64,000 nucleotides of DNA from IMG/VR virus record IMGVR_UViG_3300023174_000040, positions 1 through 64,000 of that record; one strand, given 5' to 3'. Below are positions 1 to 11,053 of the stretch, piece by piece. Every line of letters starts with the position of its first letter. The stretch's first letter is position 1. The notes under the pieces were generated by a model, which did no database searches, had not been told where the DNA came from, and saw only the letters and a program-made list of their open reading frames with translations. The position numbers were made by a program, and so were the translations under genes.

Positions 1-125
1 CTGTAGTAGGTGCTGCTGTAGTAGGTGCTGCTGTAGTAGGTGCTGCTGTAGTAGGTGCTGCTGTAGTAGGTGCTGCTGTAGTAGGTGCTGCTGTAGTAGG
101 TGCTGCTGTAGTAGGTGCTGCTGTA
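1..125. repeat. 15-bp tandem repeat CTGTAGTAGGTGCTG x8, encoding TTAAP on the - strand
   Basis: Eight perfect copies read directly. Confidence 0.97.
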
Positions 126-1156
126 GTCGTAGTGCCTGGTATAGGAGGCAAAGTTTCGCAATTTACCGAGTATATAAACTCATTATCATACACAGAGTTG
201 GCGCCACTAGCGGATATATAAAGCTTATCTCCTATGCTATTTAAATCTACCCCGCTAATATACCTGAAAGAATCAGGATTATTTTGATCAATTATATTTG
301 CCCAATAATTTCCCCCATCTTTACTAACTCTATATGAATACGAACCAGCCGCTCCGGCTAAAATTGTGCTAAAGTCATCCGAACAAGCTAATTGCGATGC
401 TATTATGTCCACTCCGACCCAGGTAGACCCGCCGTTTCTACTAATAAATGACCCATAAACTGTTTGACTGTTACATGGGGTGTCATTGAATTTTTCTCTG
501 ATTGAAGCCATCATAGAGGTGCCATTGCTTGACATACAGCAAGCATATAATTGTTCACAATCCGCTTGCTCGTTTAATGCCACGGGTAACGTGCGTACAC
601 TCCAGGACAGCCCAGAATCGTTACTTATATAAACATTGGATTTTCCTGTAGCCAATACTGTATTACCATCACTTGAGCAAGATATGGATGTAAAGGGCTC
701 TAATCCCGATGTAATTTTTGTCCAAGTATCTCCTTTATCTGTGCTTTTGTAAAAATAACCTGTTAAACTCGCATAAAGACCAGGCACTATAAAAATAGTA
801 TCTCCACTATATGATGAGCAAATTATTCTAGATTCTGTAGGAGTAAATTCCTGTAATGGGAGACCCGGTTGTTTATTGACCCAGGTGTGTCCGCTATCCT
901 GAGATACATATATATTATTGTATGTGTAGCGTGATATAAAAATTCCTATTTGACCGTCGCCAGAAATATGAGAAAATCCATTACCTGGGGAATTGATTTT
1001 TTTCACCCATGTACTACCAGAATCTGTGCTGCGGTATAAACCATCATACCGTTTAATACACACTATTTTCGTGCCATTGGAAGAACAAGATACGGATCGC
1101 CAGTCTCCGGGAATATTAATAATTTTAGTTAGATAATTACATGTATTATTGCTCAT
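1..1156 (-). CDS. Asp-box/BNR beta-propeller protein with Thr/Ala/Pro-rich tail; 3' end runs off the window start (absent from the ORF track)
   Basis: ATG at 1156. Manual translation gives MSNNTCNYL... with Asp-box motifs YRSTDSGSTW, YVSQDSGHTW, FYKSTDKGDTW, ISNDSGLSW, ISRNGGSTW, then (TTAAP)n. Confidence 0.85.
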   Translation of the reverse strand, partial: MSNNTCNYLTKIINIPGDWRSVSCSSNGTKIVCIKRYDGLYRSTDSGSTWVKKINSPGNGFSHISGDGQIGIFISRYTYNNIYVSQDSGHTWVNKQPGLPLQEFTPTESRIICSSYSGDTIFIVPGLYASLTGYFYKSTDKGDTWTKITSGLEPFTSISCSSDGNTVLATGKSNVYISNDSGLSWSVRTLPVALNEQADCEQLYACCMSSNGTSMMASIREKFNDTPCNSQTVYGSFISRNGGSTWVGVDIIASQLACSDDFSTILAGAAGSYSYRVSKDGGNYWANIIDQNNPDSFRYISGVDLNSIGDKLYISASGANSVYDNEFIYSVNCETLPPIPGTTTTAAPTTAAPTTAAPTTAAPTTAAPTTAAPTTAAPTTAAPTT

Positions 1157-1276
1157 GAATTTTTTTCTTTTTTATTTAATTAAAATATATAGTTGTAAAG
1201 ATAATAGAAAATTACTATTAAAGTTTAATATATACTAATAGTTGGCAATGATGCCAGCCTTAACAAGGAGGTATGA

Positions 1277-1732
1277 ATGGATTCTAATTTATATATAGTT
1301 GGTTATGAGTACTCATATAGCTACAATGCATATTATGTAGCCAGAAAAGATATGACTATGGATTGGGCTTCTAATAAGTTAGTTGCCAAATCTATACAAT
1401 ATTTTATAGGCGATAATGAAGTAGATAATATTAAATATGAAGTTATGGACGTCTCAAAGATGGCTGATATGCCAAAAATGGATGATAATGGTTTAATTAT
1501 TATTGGCGCCAACGGCCGACCAGTAATGGAAAAAACTGCTCTTGAATTAAAATATGTGAAAATATATTCACAATTTAAATGCTTGAGCAAAAAAGATCCA
1601 ACGAACCCAGCTACCACTTATACACATTCAAGACTATTTTACCCAACATGCAGAGCCATGAATTCTCTATGTTCGGGTATTAGCGGAGCTTACGTTCCTG
1701 CTATAACAGTCTGCAATCAGCAATTATTCTAA
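1277..1732 (+). CDS. hypothetical protein
   Basis: 151 aa ORF with strong SD (AAGGAGG) and a downstream terminator. Confidence 0.8.
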   Translation: MDSNLYIVGYEYSYSYNAYYVARKDMTMDWASNKLVAKSIQYFIGDNEVDNIKYEVMDVSKMADMPKMDDNGLIIIGANGRPVMEKTALELKYVKIYSQFKCLSKKDPTNPATTYTHSRLFYPTCRAMNSLCSGISGAYVPAITVCNQQLF

Positions 1733-1744
1733 TAGTTTATGTAG

Positions 1745-1781
1745 ATTCCCCCTCTCCTAACCGGGAGGGGGAATTTTTTTT
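1745..1781 (+). terminator. intrinsic terminator
   Basis: 12-bp stem ATTCCCCCTCTC/GGGAGGGGGAAT followed by a T-tract. Confidence 0.8.
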
Positions 1782-2602
1782 GATAATAGTCTTCCTATAA
1801 AATTCTTAGATTGTTGAAAAGGACATTTTGGCTCCATCTCTTTATCTAAAATTTTATTTTTTTCTTTATGATAAGTTCCGGAGTCCTTAGTCAAAGACCC
1901 ATCAGTTGTTAGAAATTGTTTTCCACCATTTTCGAACTTTTTCTTATTGTAATAAAGATAATATTCAAACACTTTATTACTTTCTCTTGAATTTCGATTT
2001 ATGTTTTCCTCTTGAATTTCACATTTTTCTTCAAAACTCTCTCTTCTTACTGGTAGTAATTGTGCAAATGGAATTGTTTTTTTAATTTGGAATTTTTCGT
2101 TTTCTTTATTGCAAACTAAATTTATCCATATGTCATATTGCATCCAATCAGTCTCTAAAACAGCTTCCATCACATGATATTTTGTGTGTTGAAAATTAAC
2201 TGGACTTCTAAGGTGTAGGCACCACCCAGGAGGAGTCTGAAGGATAAAACCTGTCCAAATTTGTATTACATTCGGCTCGACCATTCCCCAAGTGAATTTG
2301 GTTCGACCATCTTCTGGAAGCCATTTATCTGGCTTGGAATTGTCGCACGGTTTGATTAACGACTTTATAATTCCATGGTCATCATCTCCGTAATCTTCTA
2401 GGTATTCATATTCGAATTTTCCATTTTTATAAATAAAATTGAAATCTATTGGAGGATATATCCAAAATCCATATTTGTTTGCGTTTGTGTAAGGGCCACA
2501 CCAACGTACAGCGGCAGAGTTAGCAGTTCCCAAACAAGTTTTTTCTGCTTTTTCAACTCTGCAGCCTCTTGGATGCAGTCTCCAGATTTTGATATTTTCC
2601 AT
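1757..2602 (-). CDS. DUF6065-like protein
   Basis: C-x-P-x-x-x-A-N-x-x-G-F-W-I-x-P-P and TPPGW-x-L-x-x-R-x-P-x-N motifs. Confidence 0.6.
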   Translation of the reverse strand: MENIKIWRLHPRGCRVEKAEKTCLGTANSAAVRWCGPYTNANKYGFWIYPPIDFNFIYKNGKFEYEYLEDYGDDDHGIIKSLIKPCDNSKPDKWLPEDGRTKFTWGMVEPNVIQIWTGFILQTPPGWCLHLRSPVNFQHTKYHVMEAVLETDWMQYDIWINLVCNKENEKFQIKKTIPFAQLLPVRRESFEEKCEIQEENINRNSRESNKVFEYYLYYNKKKFENGGKQFLTTDGSLTKDSGTYHKEKNKILDKEMEPKCPFQQSKNFIGRLLSKKIPPPG

Positions 2603-2608
2603 GATTAT

Positions 2609-2636
2609 ATTATCTATATTTTTTGTTTTTTGTCAA
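2609..2636 (-). promoter_or_regulatory. sigma70-type promoter; probably leaderless transcript of the DUF6065-like gene
   Basis: TTGACA-16-GATAAT on the - strand; the ATG lies 7 nt beyond the -10 box. Confidence 0.55.
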
Positions 2637-2708
2637 ATTTTTGAGAAAGAATAAAAATACACACTATATTGATTTTGGAAGATTACACATTAAGATGAAA
2701 GGAATTAT

Positions 2709-2915
2709 ATGCTAGTTCTCAGTAGAAAAAAGGATGAGACAATTGTTCTGAAGAGCCCAGGTGCCGACGATATCAAAATCACCGTTGTCAGGATTGACAA
2801 CCGCAATAAAGTTCGTATAGGTATAGATGCTCCTCAAGAAGTCACCGTAATCAGATCTGAATTAGAAAATAAAAATTTATCTAGCGATCTAAGCGATGAT
2901 CTCCGAGTGGATTGA
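2709..2915 (+). CDS. csrA: carbon storage regulator CsrA/RsmA homologue
   Basis: MLVLSRKKDETIVL...VRIGIDAPQEVTVIRSEL, the canonical CsrA signature. Confidence 0.93.
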   Translation: MLVLSRKKDETIVLKSPGADDIKITVVRIDNRNKVRIGIDAPQEVTVIRSELENKNLSSDLSDDLRVD

Positions 2916-2973
2916 GCAAACCATGGAATAGATCTGGGTAATGTCTAAAGAATCGATTTTTTAATAGGCCGAC

Positions 2974-2996
2974 CACTCAGCTATTGGGTGTTTTTT
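2974..2996 (+). terminator. intrinsic terminator after csrA
   Basis: CACTCA-GCTAT-TGGGTG followed by T6. Confidence 0.6.
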
Positions 2997-3138
2997 GTAA
3001 TTTCCTAGTTAAAAACATTATTCCAAAACCTAATACAGCCATGCAAACAAGCGAGTTGGGTTCTGGCAACTGAACAATTGTGTTTGATATTCCTGGGCGA
3101 TTTCAGCCAGCAAAAAGATTTAGCCAAAATTTTCTTCA

Positions 3139-4173
3139 TCATTTTAAAATTTTAACAAATTTGGCACACTTTGAATAATCTTTAAGGTTTTTGGCTCCAA
3201 TATAAGCTCCACAAGATCTTATTCCTCCCAAGATTTCTTGAATAACATCTGCTACCGGGCCTTTGTAGGGTATTTTAGATACCTTGCCTTCTGAAGCTCT
3301 GTATTCTTTTTTGCCAACTCCATGCTTTTCTTGTGCGTAATGGGAGCTCATTCCATAGAATGTAAGTGCGGATTTATTTTTTTCCGCATCATATTCCCAT
3401 TCTCCTTCGCATTCATCTGTGCCTGCAAACATGCCTCCCAACATGATCCAATCGGAACCACCACATAATGCTTTGCATATATCGCCAACATCTTTGCAAC
3501 CACCATCACTCATAACCAAACCTAACCTGCTTTTATTTGATTTTAAACCATGGGCGGCATGAGAACATTCTTGTACACATGAAAAAGTTCCATATCCAAC
3601 ACCTGTCATTTTTCTGGTTTCGCATTGAGATCCTGGGCCTATTTGGATTTTACAAATATCAACTTTCCCGTGAATTATAAGCTCTTCACATATTTCTGGT
3701 GTTGTGACATTCCCGGCACAAATTATACTATCTGGAAACTCTTCTCTTACTTGTGCGCAAAATTTAACAAAAGATTCCATATAGCCATTGGGAACGTCTA
3801 TTACTATATTTGGATTTTTATTTAGATCTATAGAAACCTTTTTTATTTTTTTAATATCTTCTTCTGATTTCCCTATTGTTGCCCAAGCGTAATCAGTTCC
3901 AACTTCATTGATTATTTTACTTAAGTCTTTGTGGGAATAATATTTGTGAAGTGCAGTAACAATTTTATAGTTCGATAGTTTTTTTGCCATTGCCAAAGAT
4001 GTAAGAGGAACCATGTTTGAACACATGATTGGAATTCCCTCCCAAATCCTTGGAGAGTTATAAAAATAAAATTTTCTCTCTACGATAACTTCGCTTCTAC
4101 TTTCAAGAGTGGTTCTCTGAGGAACAATTAATACGTCTTGAAAATCTAATTTAAAATCTTGTGAAATAATCAT
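3139..4173 (-). CDS. guaC: GMP reductase
   Basis: KLDFQDVLIVP, DVPNGY, AGNV, IGPGSQCETRKMTGVG, FYGMSS, EYRASEGK, GGIRS motifs; no CBS domains. Confidence 0.93.
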   Translation of the reverse strand: MIISQDFKLDFQDVLIVPQRTTLESRSEVIVERKFYFYNSPRIWEGIPIMCSNMVPLTSLAMAKKLSNYKIVTALHKYYSHKDLSKIINEVGTDYAWATIGKSEEDIKKIKKVSIDLNKNPNIVIDVPNGYMESFVKFCAQVREEFPDSIICAGNVTTPEICEELIIHGKVDICKIQIGPGSQCETRKMTGVGYGTFSCVQECSHAAHGLKSNKSRLGLVMSDGGCKDVGDICKALCGGSDWIMLGGMFAGTDECEGEWEYDAEKNKSALTFYGMSSHYAQEKHGVGKKEYRASEGKVSKIPYKGPVADVIQEILGGIRSCGAYIGAKNLKDYSKCAKFVKILK

Positions 4174-4182
4174 AATAAACTC

Positions 4183-4629
4183 CTAGTACTTATATCCTCT
4201 GACAACTTCTTCTTTAGTAATCTTTATTGCTTTAAAGAATTTAAGGCTATTTTTGTCATGAGGTATAACCTTAATTTTTTTACCAAATTTTATCTCTGCA
4301 GTTTTTTTGGCTTTTTCTAATATCGTAGTGCCAAATTTTTTACGTCTATATTTTGTTTTTACGTAGATATAAGTTCTTACGGAATTGCTATTTTTGGATA
4401 AAAAGAAATCCAACATAGACCATCCAATTAATTTTTTTTTATCATACAAACAGACAGCAAAATAACTATTTTTTTTTCTTTTTTTGCTTAATATCACTCC
4501 TTCTCTCATATAGTCATCGCCAAGAGGAGTGGAAGATAATAGAGTTTTATACTCTTTTTTGCAATTTTTTAAATCTTTTATGACCCAATTCATGAATTTG
4601 ATTATACATATACCAGTTCTATTAATCAA
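4183..4629 (-). CDS. GNAT-family acetyltransferase-like protein
   Basis: YIYVKTKYRRKKFGTTIL resembles GNAT motif A. Confidence 0.6.
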   Translation of the reverse strand: MINRTGICIIKFMNWVIKDLKNCKKEYKTLLSSTPLGDDYMREGVILSKKRKKNSYFAVCLYDKKKLIGWSMLDFFLSKNSNSVRTYIYVKTKYRRKKFGTTILEKAKKTAEIKFGKKIKVIPHDKNSLKFFKAIKITKEEVVRGYKY

Positions 4630-4669
4630 TAAGAAAGATATTTTCTAAATCTATATTCATAGATAATTC

Positions 4670-6427
4670 ATGCCTACCACCACTAGCGATCCAACCACAA
4701 CAGCACCCACTACGACTATCCGCCCAGGCTGCCCAGAAATTCCGCAGAACTGCTGTGACATTCCATGTAAAACTTTTGCTTTAAACAAAGTTAAAAATGA
4801 CTGTCCGACAGACAAAACTATGACTTGGATTGCTGATTTAGGTTATGATAAATTATATTTTAAATTTGATGAAAATGATCTTCATATAACAAGTAAAAAT
4901 AATATTTCTTGTTTCAATCAAATAATACTAGATTATAAAAATAAGATTAAAGATGGGACTTTGGTTAGTTTGATACAAGATTGTATTACGACTCCTGCAC
5001 CAACTACTACTTCGGCTCCTTGCTTTTTGAGACCGTCCGGTTGTCAAAACATTCAGACTGGATTGGATAGTACGGGAATTGTTTTCTTGAGAGGATTAAA
5101 TTCTAACGCCACTATGCAAGGAAGATTTTTTGCAATAGGTCCTGATGACATTAATAACCCCACAGGTACTTGGGTTTTTTATGGTGAAAATCAATCAGGT
5201 AGATTTATTGATAATGAATATGTTTGTTTTACGCTACCTAGTAGTTATAAACTTAATTTAGAAAATTACATAGGCATACAAGATGGATCCTGCTATTTAG
5301 CAAAAAAGACCACATTATTATCTATTGAAAATCCATGTGTTCGGCCGGGAGTATTTCCCAATAGTGATTATTTGGCTTTGTATTGCGGTCCAACCGACAC
5401 TACATCTCCACCCAACACTACATCTCCACCTAATACTACATCTCCACCCAATACTACATCTCCACCCAATACTACATCTCCACCCAATACTACATCTCCA
5501 CCCAACACAACGCCTGCTCCATGTTGGTCTTTTAATCAATGTACAGATTTAGAGTGTTTTTCTGTATCGTGTCAGACTGGTGGTTATTCTAGTAGAAGTG
5601 ATTGTGAATCTAACCTTAATGGAGATTGCAATCCCCCTCCAAATTCAATTGAATGTTGGGAGTGCCCTTCGTGTAATTCAATTTTTGTTCAACCTAGTTC
5701 TGAATTCGGCGGAGTTTCCCAAACTTGTGAAAATCTTGGATTTTTTAGTAGCCTTGCATCTTGCCAATCATCTGGTTGCGAGGCTCAACCCACAACAACC
5801 ACACATGGTCCGTGCTGTCCTGGCGAATTAACAATGAACGTTAAATATAGTAACACAGAGGGGCCTTGTCCTGGTGGACATCAATGTGATGGGGCTACTT
5901 TTTATGTTAAAGTTAATGATACTGTATTGGGAACCGCTAATCTGGATAATATGATTGACGGAGGAGATAGAGCAGCAGGATTTAGTATTCCAAGTGAGCT
6001 TATCGGTGAAGGCGGAGTGGTTTCATTTGAATTGGTTTGCGTTGAAGGTGAATCTTGGGGTGGCCCGAATATAGATCCTCAATTTCCTGGATGTCACACT
6101 ACCGTTGAATGGGTTCAAATTCTTGATAATGGGGTTGAAATATTCAACGCTTGCGTTTCTGCTGGTTCGGTGACCACAGTTGGCCGATGTGATGATCCCT
6201 CGCAATGCGGGCCTACTACATCACCGCCTACAACATCAACATCCCCGCCTACAACATCCCCGCCTGACAATTGTACGATTGAAAATTGCGGAGGCTTTCC
6301 TTGCCCCAACCCCTCAGATAAATGCTGCGGAGACAATGCTGGTAACTGTGGTTGTTGCTCAGAAACTACTTGGGTTTGTTGCCCAGATCAAACATATTGC
6401 GCAGCATCCTTGGGTGATTGCCCTTAG
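4670..6427 (+). CDS. Cys-rich, Thr/Pro-rich modular protein (putative virion appendage)
   Basis: Thr/Pro linkers, a GPCPGGH domain and a C-terminal Cys-rich module; no signal peptide. Confidence 0.8.
   Translation: MPTTTSDPTTTAPTTTIRPGCPEIPQNCCDIPCKTFALNKVKNDCPTDKTMTWIADLGYDKLYFKFDENDLHITSKNNISCFNQIILDYKNKIKDGTLVSLIQDCITTPAPTTTSAPCFLRPSGCQNIQTGLDSTGIVFLRGLNSNATMQGRFFAIGPDDINNPTGTWVFYGENQSGRFIDNEYVCFTLPSSYKLNLENYIGIQDGSCYLAKKTTLLSIENPCVRPGVFPNSDYLALYCGPTDTTSPPNTTSPPNTTSPPNTTSPPNTTSPPNTTSPPNTTPAPCWSFNQCTDLECFSVSCQTGGYSSRSDCESNLNGDCNPPPNSIECWECPSCNSIFVQPSSEFGGVSQTCENLGFFSSLASCQSSGCEAQPTTTTHGPCCPGELTMNVKYSNTEGPCPGGHQCDGATFYVKVNDTVLGTANLDNMIDGGDRAAGFSIPSELIGEGGVVSFELVCVEGESWGGPNIDPQFPGCHTTVEWVQILDNGVEIFNACVSAGSVTTVGRCDDPSQCGPTTSPPTTSTSPPTTSPPDNCTIENCGGFPCPNPSDKCCGDNAGNCGCCSETTWVCCPDQTYCAASLGDCP
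5399..5506. repeat. 18-bp tandem repeat x6 encoding TTSPPN
   Basis: ACTACATCTCCACCYAAY units. Confidence 0.95.
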
Positions 6428-6443
6428 TTTTATCTTGGCAAGT

Positions 6444-6451
6444 ATATATAA
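6444..6451 (+). promoter_or_regulatory. putative late promoter ATATATAA, 3 nt before ATG
   Basis: Recurrent motif; no SD present. Confidence 0.55.
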
Positions 6452-6454
6452 AAT

Positions 6455-9400
6455 ATGCCAAATATTATTGATCATATCATAGTTGAAATTGATTGGACCA
6501 ACAGTGGAATTAACGATCTAGACACAACACTGACGGTCGCAGATATCAACGATAGCGGACAAACATTATACCCTCCCGGCTGTCCCGATTCTGATATTAA
6601 CTCAGTTTGTGCTGATTACACAGGTCCAGTTGGAGCTTGTACTGATAATTTAGCTGATTATGTTGAATATGCTGGAGATCATACAGGGATTGGCAAAGAA
6701 TCTTTTGTTGTTCGTGTTGACAATATATTAAGCAGCTTTCCATCGGCGCTTATTTTGGATTTGCTTCCAAAAGCTCAATGGGGTCACATATTGAGTCAAG
6801 AAGAAAGAGGCTCTATAAATAATGTAGGATTTATAAGAATTAATTATAAATTATATTCTGGTGGAGTTGCTTCTGTAGTGTCTGGGCAATACATCTCAAG
6901 TGGAACTCTGGTTAAAAGTCTTTATACTCTGGTGGATCCTGACGTGCTACTAGGGTCATCTAAATTGTCGTGCTGTCTTGTTGGTGGCAATAAAATTCAA
7001 TCTTGCAATGATTTTGTTTGTTTAGATGTTTTTAGAATAAACTGGGATACCGGTAGTTTAGATGCTTATCAGAACCCTCCTGCGGAGAACAGGATATATG
7101 TAGACCTTACTGTTTTAGAGGGTTATTGTGATCGTAGTTGTGAATGCCCTGCAACTACAACTTCAGGCCCAACAACTACAACAACCACTACAACCACTAC
7201 AACATCACCCCCATGCGCAGATTCTAGCATGTTGTATTTGGGTGCAGCCATAGGTCCTCATGCTCCATACGGAGTGACGGTTCTTCCTAATTTAGCCTTG
7301 TATAAATATGATATAGCTTCTAAAAAATCAACTAGAATAAGTCACGATGTATGGGGAGACCCTATTCTTGGAGATTATTTTCCAACAAATCCTAACTGTA
7401 TCGATATAGCTCATACTAAAAACAAATTTTGGATTGGACCCGTCAATGGTGTCCACCCACCAGATTTTGAACATGGCATAGGGGGATATTGTGATGGTTC
7501 AATAATAACTGAGTGGGATATCGAGTCCTTTGAACCGTTCACAATGTCATATAAAAGGCAATTAATTTTATCTGATTCTGTGCCTAATTTTGGAATGAGT
7601 TGCGATGGAGATGAGACTATCATTACAACCAAAGCAGAGGATCCCTTATACCCAGAAGGCGGTGGCAGAATCATAGTTGGAGTTGACACAAACAATACAA
7701 GTTCTGTGACCGTGCGTGCCGAACTACCAACAAACTGCAGCTTAAGTAGTGCTGCTGATATATGCCTTACAAGCAATGGAAAGCTAATAGTTTCATGCGG
7801 TTGCATGATTACAAGCCCATCTTGGAACATACTAGTGTATGATTATGAATCTGGTTTGTTGGAAAAAAACTATGATATAACAACATCATTAATTGGTTGC
7901 AACTCTTTCCGTGCTGGCTATGGCGGAGTCACAGGTCTGGGTGGAGCAGGTGAAGATATATATCTTTTTACAATTTGCGGCGATGTTTATAAAATGAATT
8001 CCGATGGCACTCTTACCCTTTATGATGAAATAGGAAGAGATCTTTGGGATGAATATAACGATACCCTTGTTTATGGCGGGTATAAAAGTGGACAAAATAC
8101 AAAATTACAAATTTTTGCAGCATCCCAAATAAAGGATTGTATAACTCAGTCTTTGCCTTCTTCATGTAGTTGTAATTCAGTAACAGATGATTGTAATATT
8201 ATTTCTGTTTTTATAGATATTCCTCGTTCTATAATAGCTCCCGTAACAACAACCGTCAATCCCAATGATTGTAATATTTATTTATATGCATGGGGAAATA
8301 ATTTGTTTGGACAAATTGGTGATGGAACACAATTTGAAACCCCTGGGTTTTCCGGTGGCCAAGTTCGTCATAAATTGGTTGGAAATGGATTTGCTAAATT
8401 ATCAAGTGGTGAGAATCACAGTCATTTCTTAGCAATAAAGTCTAATGGAGATTTATATTCTTGGGGCAAAAATTTATATGGAGAGATTGGCAACAACACC
8501 AGAACTGACTCGTTTAACCCAGTTAAAATCGGAGAAGATTATATAGAAGTGAGTGGGGGATCGTATGCTTCTTTTGGCATAAAAAGCAATAGTGATTTAT
8601 ATGCATGGGGAGATGTTGTTGGCGATAACAAACTAGATTATAACACTCCAACCAAAATAGGTGAAGGCTACAAAAAGGTTTCAGCTGGCGAACAATTTGT
8701 TTTTGCAATAAAGTCCAATGGAGATTTATATAGTTGGTGGTATAACTCCATAAACAGCCCAAAGTTTGGGCCAAATAATTATATTCCAACTAAAATAGAT
8801 GAAGATATAGTTGCGGTAAACAGTGGAGATGGAGGTGGAATTGCATTAAAATCCAATGGTGATTTATATCTGATAGCCTATGATGAGTTTTATAATTTTT
8901 CTATAAAAACAAAATTGGGAGAGGGTTATAAAGTAATGGCTCCCGGACATGGGTGGAATGGATACGCCCAGCAACAATACACCCCGTCATTGGCGGCGAT
9001 TAAAAATAATGGAGAGTTACATGTTTGGTACGTCACGGATGATGTTGTTGGAGACTTTCAAATAATTGAAGGTGATTGGCTAGAGGTTAGCACTGGCGAG
9101 GATTTTGTTTTGGCTCTGCGAACAAACGGAGACGTATATGCTTGGGGAGGCAACTTCAAAGCAGCAGGGACATCTCGTCAATCCTCGACGCCAATAAAAA
9201 TTGGCGAGGGCTATTCTTCTATAGCTACATCGGACTGGACCAGTTATGGACTAAAATATAGTTGCCCCACTACAACTACAACAACAACAACAATTGCTCC
9301 TGCGATTATATCCGGAACACTATGGGCTTGGGGATATAACGGGAAGGGACAACTTGGAGATGGAACAGTTTTAGCTAAATCATCACCCATCCAAATAGGT

Positions 9401-10915
9401 TCTGATAATGATTGGAAATCTATAATTGCTAATTCTGGGACAAACCCGGCATCACACACCATGGCCCTAAAAACTAATGGAACACTATGGGCTTGGGGAT
9501 ATAATGAATTTGGCCAACTTGGAGATGGAACAGTTGTTGATAAATTATCACCCATCCAAATAGGTTCTGACAGTGATTGGGAATCAATAAGTGTTGGATC
9601 TAATTTTACCATTGCAATAAAAACTGATAGAACACTATGGGCCTGGGGAAATAATCTAAAGGGTCAGCTTGGAGACGGAACCGGGATCAACAAGAATTCT
9701 CCTATTCAAATAGGTTCTGATAATGATTGGGAATCAATAAGTGCTGGAGGAGAATCTGCTTTTGCCCTAAAAATCAATGGAACACTATGGGCTTGGGGGC
9801 TGAGTCGCTTCTGTCAGCTCGGGAATGGAATGTCTTCTCCCAACCAACTCTCTCCCATCCAAATAGGTTCTGGCAGTGATTGGAAATTAATAAGTACGGG
9901 AGAGAACTCTACCATTGCTCTAAAAAATGATGGAACACTATGGGCTTGGGGATATAATGAATTTGGTCAACTTGGTGTCGGACCGCCTAGATCAACATTA
10001 GACACCCCTACCTTAATAGGCTCCGACAATGATTGGAAATCAATAAGTGTTGGAGGAAATTTTGCCATTGCCCTGAAAACTAATAGAACACTATGGGCTT
10101 GGGGATATAATGGACAACACCAACTTGGAGACGGGACCTGGGTCGATAAAACTTCTCCTGTCCAAATAGGTTCTGATAATGATTGGGAATCAATAAGCGC
10201 TGGAACAGCTCATACTGTTGCCCTAAAAACTAATGGAACATTATGGGCTTGGGGGGCTAATGGATCAGGACAACTTGGAAAGGGTGACCCCTCAGCCCCC
10301 TACTGGGGCAGCATTGCCCAGGTAGGTTCGGATACATGGCACACCGCAATTGCCGGTATTGGGGATAGTCTGGGTATAAAGTCTAATAACACAAACACTA
10401 CAACAACTATTGCTCCAACCACAACTACAACTGTTGCTCCAATCACAACCACTGTTGCTCCAACCACCACAACCGTAGCCCCAGATCCATTTGTTTGTGT
10501 GAGTGGTTCTGTAAATTGCCGAGCAGTTATAACTGATGATATTTGTGCTAATGATCCACCTCAATGCGGCACTTCTGCAAATACATTTATAGGAGGGTTT
10601 GGATCCAATATATGTCAGGCAAAACCGGTAGGAGCAAGTACTTTTGGTAATATTTTCTTAAATTGTCAAATTCAGAATTCCAATGATTATCAGGTCGGTA
10701 TCAGCATGTGTCTTTGGGACGGAAGTATAAATCTTGTGAATTTAAGCATATACGGATTTAATGTTAATTCATATATCTTTATTTCAGATGCTGAAAAAGA
10801 CGTTCCATCTGGATCTACTTCTTCTTATACTCCTTATAACGGCAGGTATTTAATAGTATCACATGGTCCTTTCTACTCAGTATTGCGAAAAGTTGGTAAC
10901 AACGATCAGCCCTGA
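6455..10915 (+). CDS. large RCC1-repeat adhesin-like protein with Thr-rich linkers
   Basis: Two RCC1 blocks (about 8280-9260 and 9313-10390; LWAWGYNxxGQLGDGT...QIGSDxDW); N-terminal domain paralogous to ORF 11054. Confidence 0.88.
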   Translation: MPNIIDHIIVEIDWTNSGINDLDTTLTVADINDSGQTLYPPGCPDSDINSVCADYTGPVGACTDNLADYVEYAGDHTGIGKESFVVRVDNILSSFPSALILDLLPKAQWGHILSQEERGSINNVGFIRINYKLYSGGVASVVSGQYISSGTLVKSLYTLVDPDVLLGSSKLSCCLVGGNKIQSCNDFVCLDVFRINWDTGSLDAYQNPPAENRIYVDLTVLEGYCDRSCECPATTTSGPTTTTTTTTTTTSPPCADSSMLYLGAAIGPHAPYGVTVLPNLALYKYDIASKKSTRISHDVWGDPILGDYFPTNPNCIDIAHTKNKFWIGPVNGVHPPDFEHGIGGYCDGSIITEWDIESFEPFTMSYKRQLILSDSVPNFGMSCDGDETIITTKAEDPLYPEGGGRIIVGVDTNNTSSVTVRAELPTNCSLSSAADICLTSNGKLIVSCGCMITSPSWNILVYDYESGLLEKNYDITTSLIGCNSFRAGYGGVTGLGGAGEDIYLFTICGDVYKMNSDGTLTLYDEIGRDLWDEYNDTLVYGGYKSGQNTKLQIFAASQIKDCITQSLPSSCSCNSVTDDCNIISVFIDIPRSIIAPVTTTVNPNDCNIYLYAWGNNLFGQIGDGTQFETPGFSGGQVRHKLVGNGFAKLSSGENHSHFLAIKSNGDLYSWGKNLYGEIGNNTRTDSFNPVKIGEDYIEVSGGSYASFGIKSNSDLYAWGDVVGDNKLDYNTPTKIGEGYKKVSAGEQFVFAIKSNGDLYSWWYNSINSPKFGPNNYIPTKIDEDIVAVNSGDGGGIALKSNGDLYLIAYDEFYNFSIKTKLGEGYKVMAPGHGWNGYAQQQYTPSLAAIKNNGELHVWYVTDDVVGDFQIIEGDWLEVSTGEDFVLALRTNGDVYAWGGNFKAAGTSRQSSTPIKIGEGYSSIATSDWTSYGLKYSCPTTTTTTTTIAPAIISGTLWAWGYNGKGQLGDGTVLAKSSPIQIGSDNDWKSIIANSGTNPASHTMALKTNGTLWAWGYNEFGQLGDGTVVDKLSPIQIGSDSDWESISVGSNFTIAIKTDRTLWAWGNNLKGQLGDGTGINKNSPIQIGSDNDWESISAGGESAFALKINGTLWAWGLSRFCQLGNGMSSPNQLSPIQIGSGSDWKLISTGENSTIALKNDGTLWAWGYNEFGQLGVGPPRSTLDTPTLIGSDNDWKSISVGGNFAIALKTNRTLWAWGYNGQHQLGDGTWVDKTSPVQIGSDNDWESISAGTAHTVALKTNGTLWAWGANGSGQLGKGDPSAPYWGSIAQVGSDTWHTAIAGIGDSLGIKSNNTNTTTTIAPTTTTTVAPITTTVAPTTTTVAPDPFVCVSGSVNCRAVITDDICANDPPQCGTSANTFIGGFGSNICQAKPVGASTFGNIFLNCQIQNSNDYQVGISMCLWDGSINLVNLSIYGFNVNSYIFISDAEKDVPSGSTSSYTPYNGRYLIVSHGPFYSVLRKVGNNDQP

Positions 10916-11042
10916 TTTAGGAAGGTCTCAGCTTCGTCAACCATTAATTTTGGTATCTATCGTGCATTAAAATTTGATGTTTTGGGCAATTTATATTTTG
11001 GTTATTGATTTTTTATCCTTATAACTTTCCCGATTATAAGGC

Positions 11043-11050
11043 ATATATAA
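11043..11050 (+). promoter_or_regulatory. putative late promoter ATATATAA, 3 nt before ATG
   Basis: Same context as 6444 (ATATATAAAATATGCCAAAT). Confidence 0.55.
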
Positions 11051-11053
11051 AAT

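Noticed and set aside
10913-11008. Possible TGA readthrough extending ORF 6455 by 30 codons (..ALKFDVLGNLYFGY)
   Set aside because: A 30-codon open stretch is plausible by chance and there is no readthrough signal; homologue alignment would be needed.
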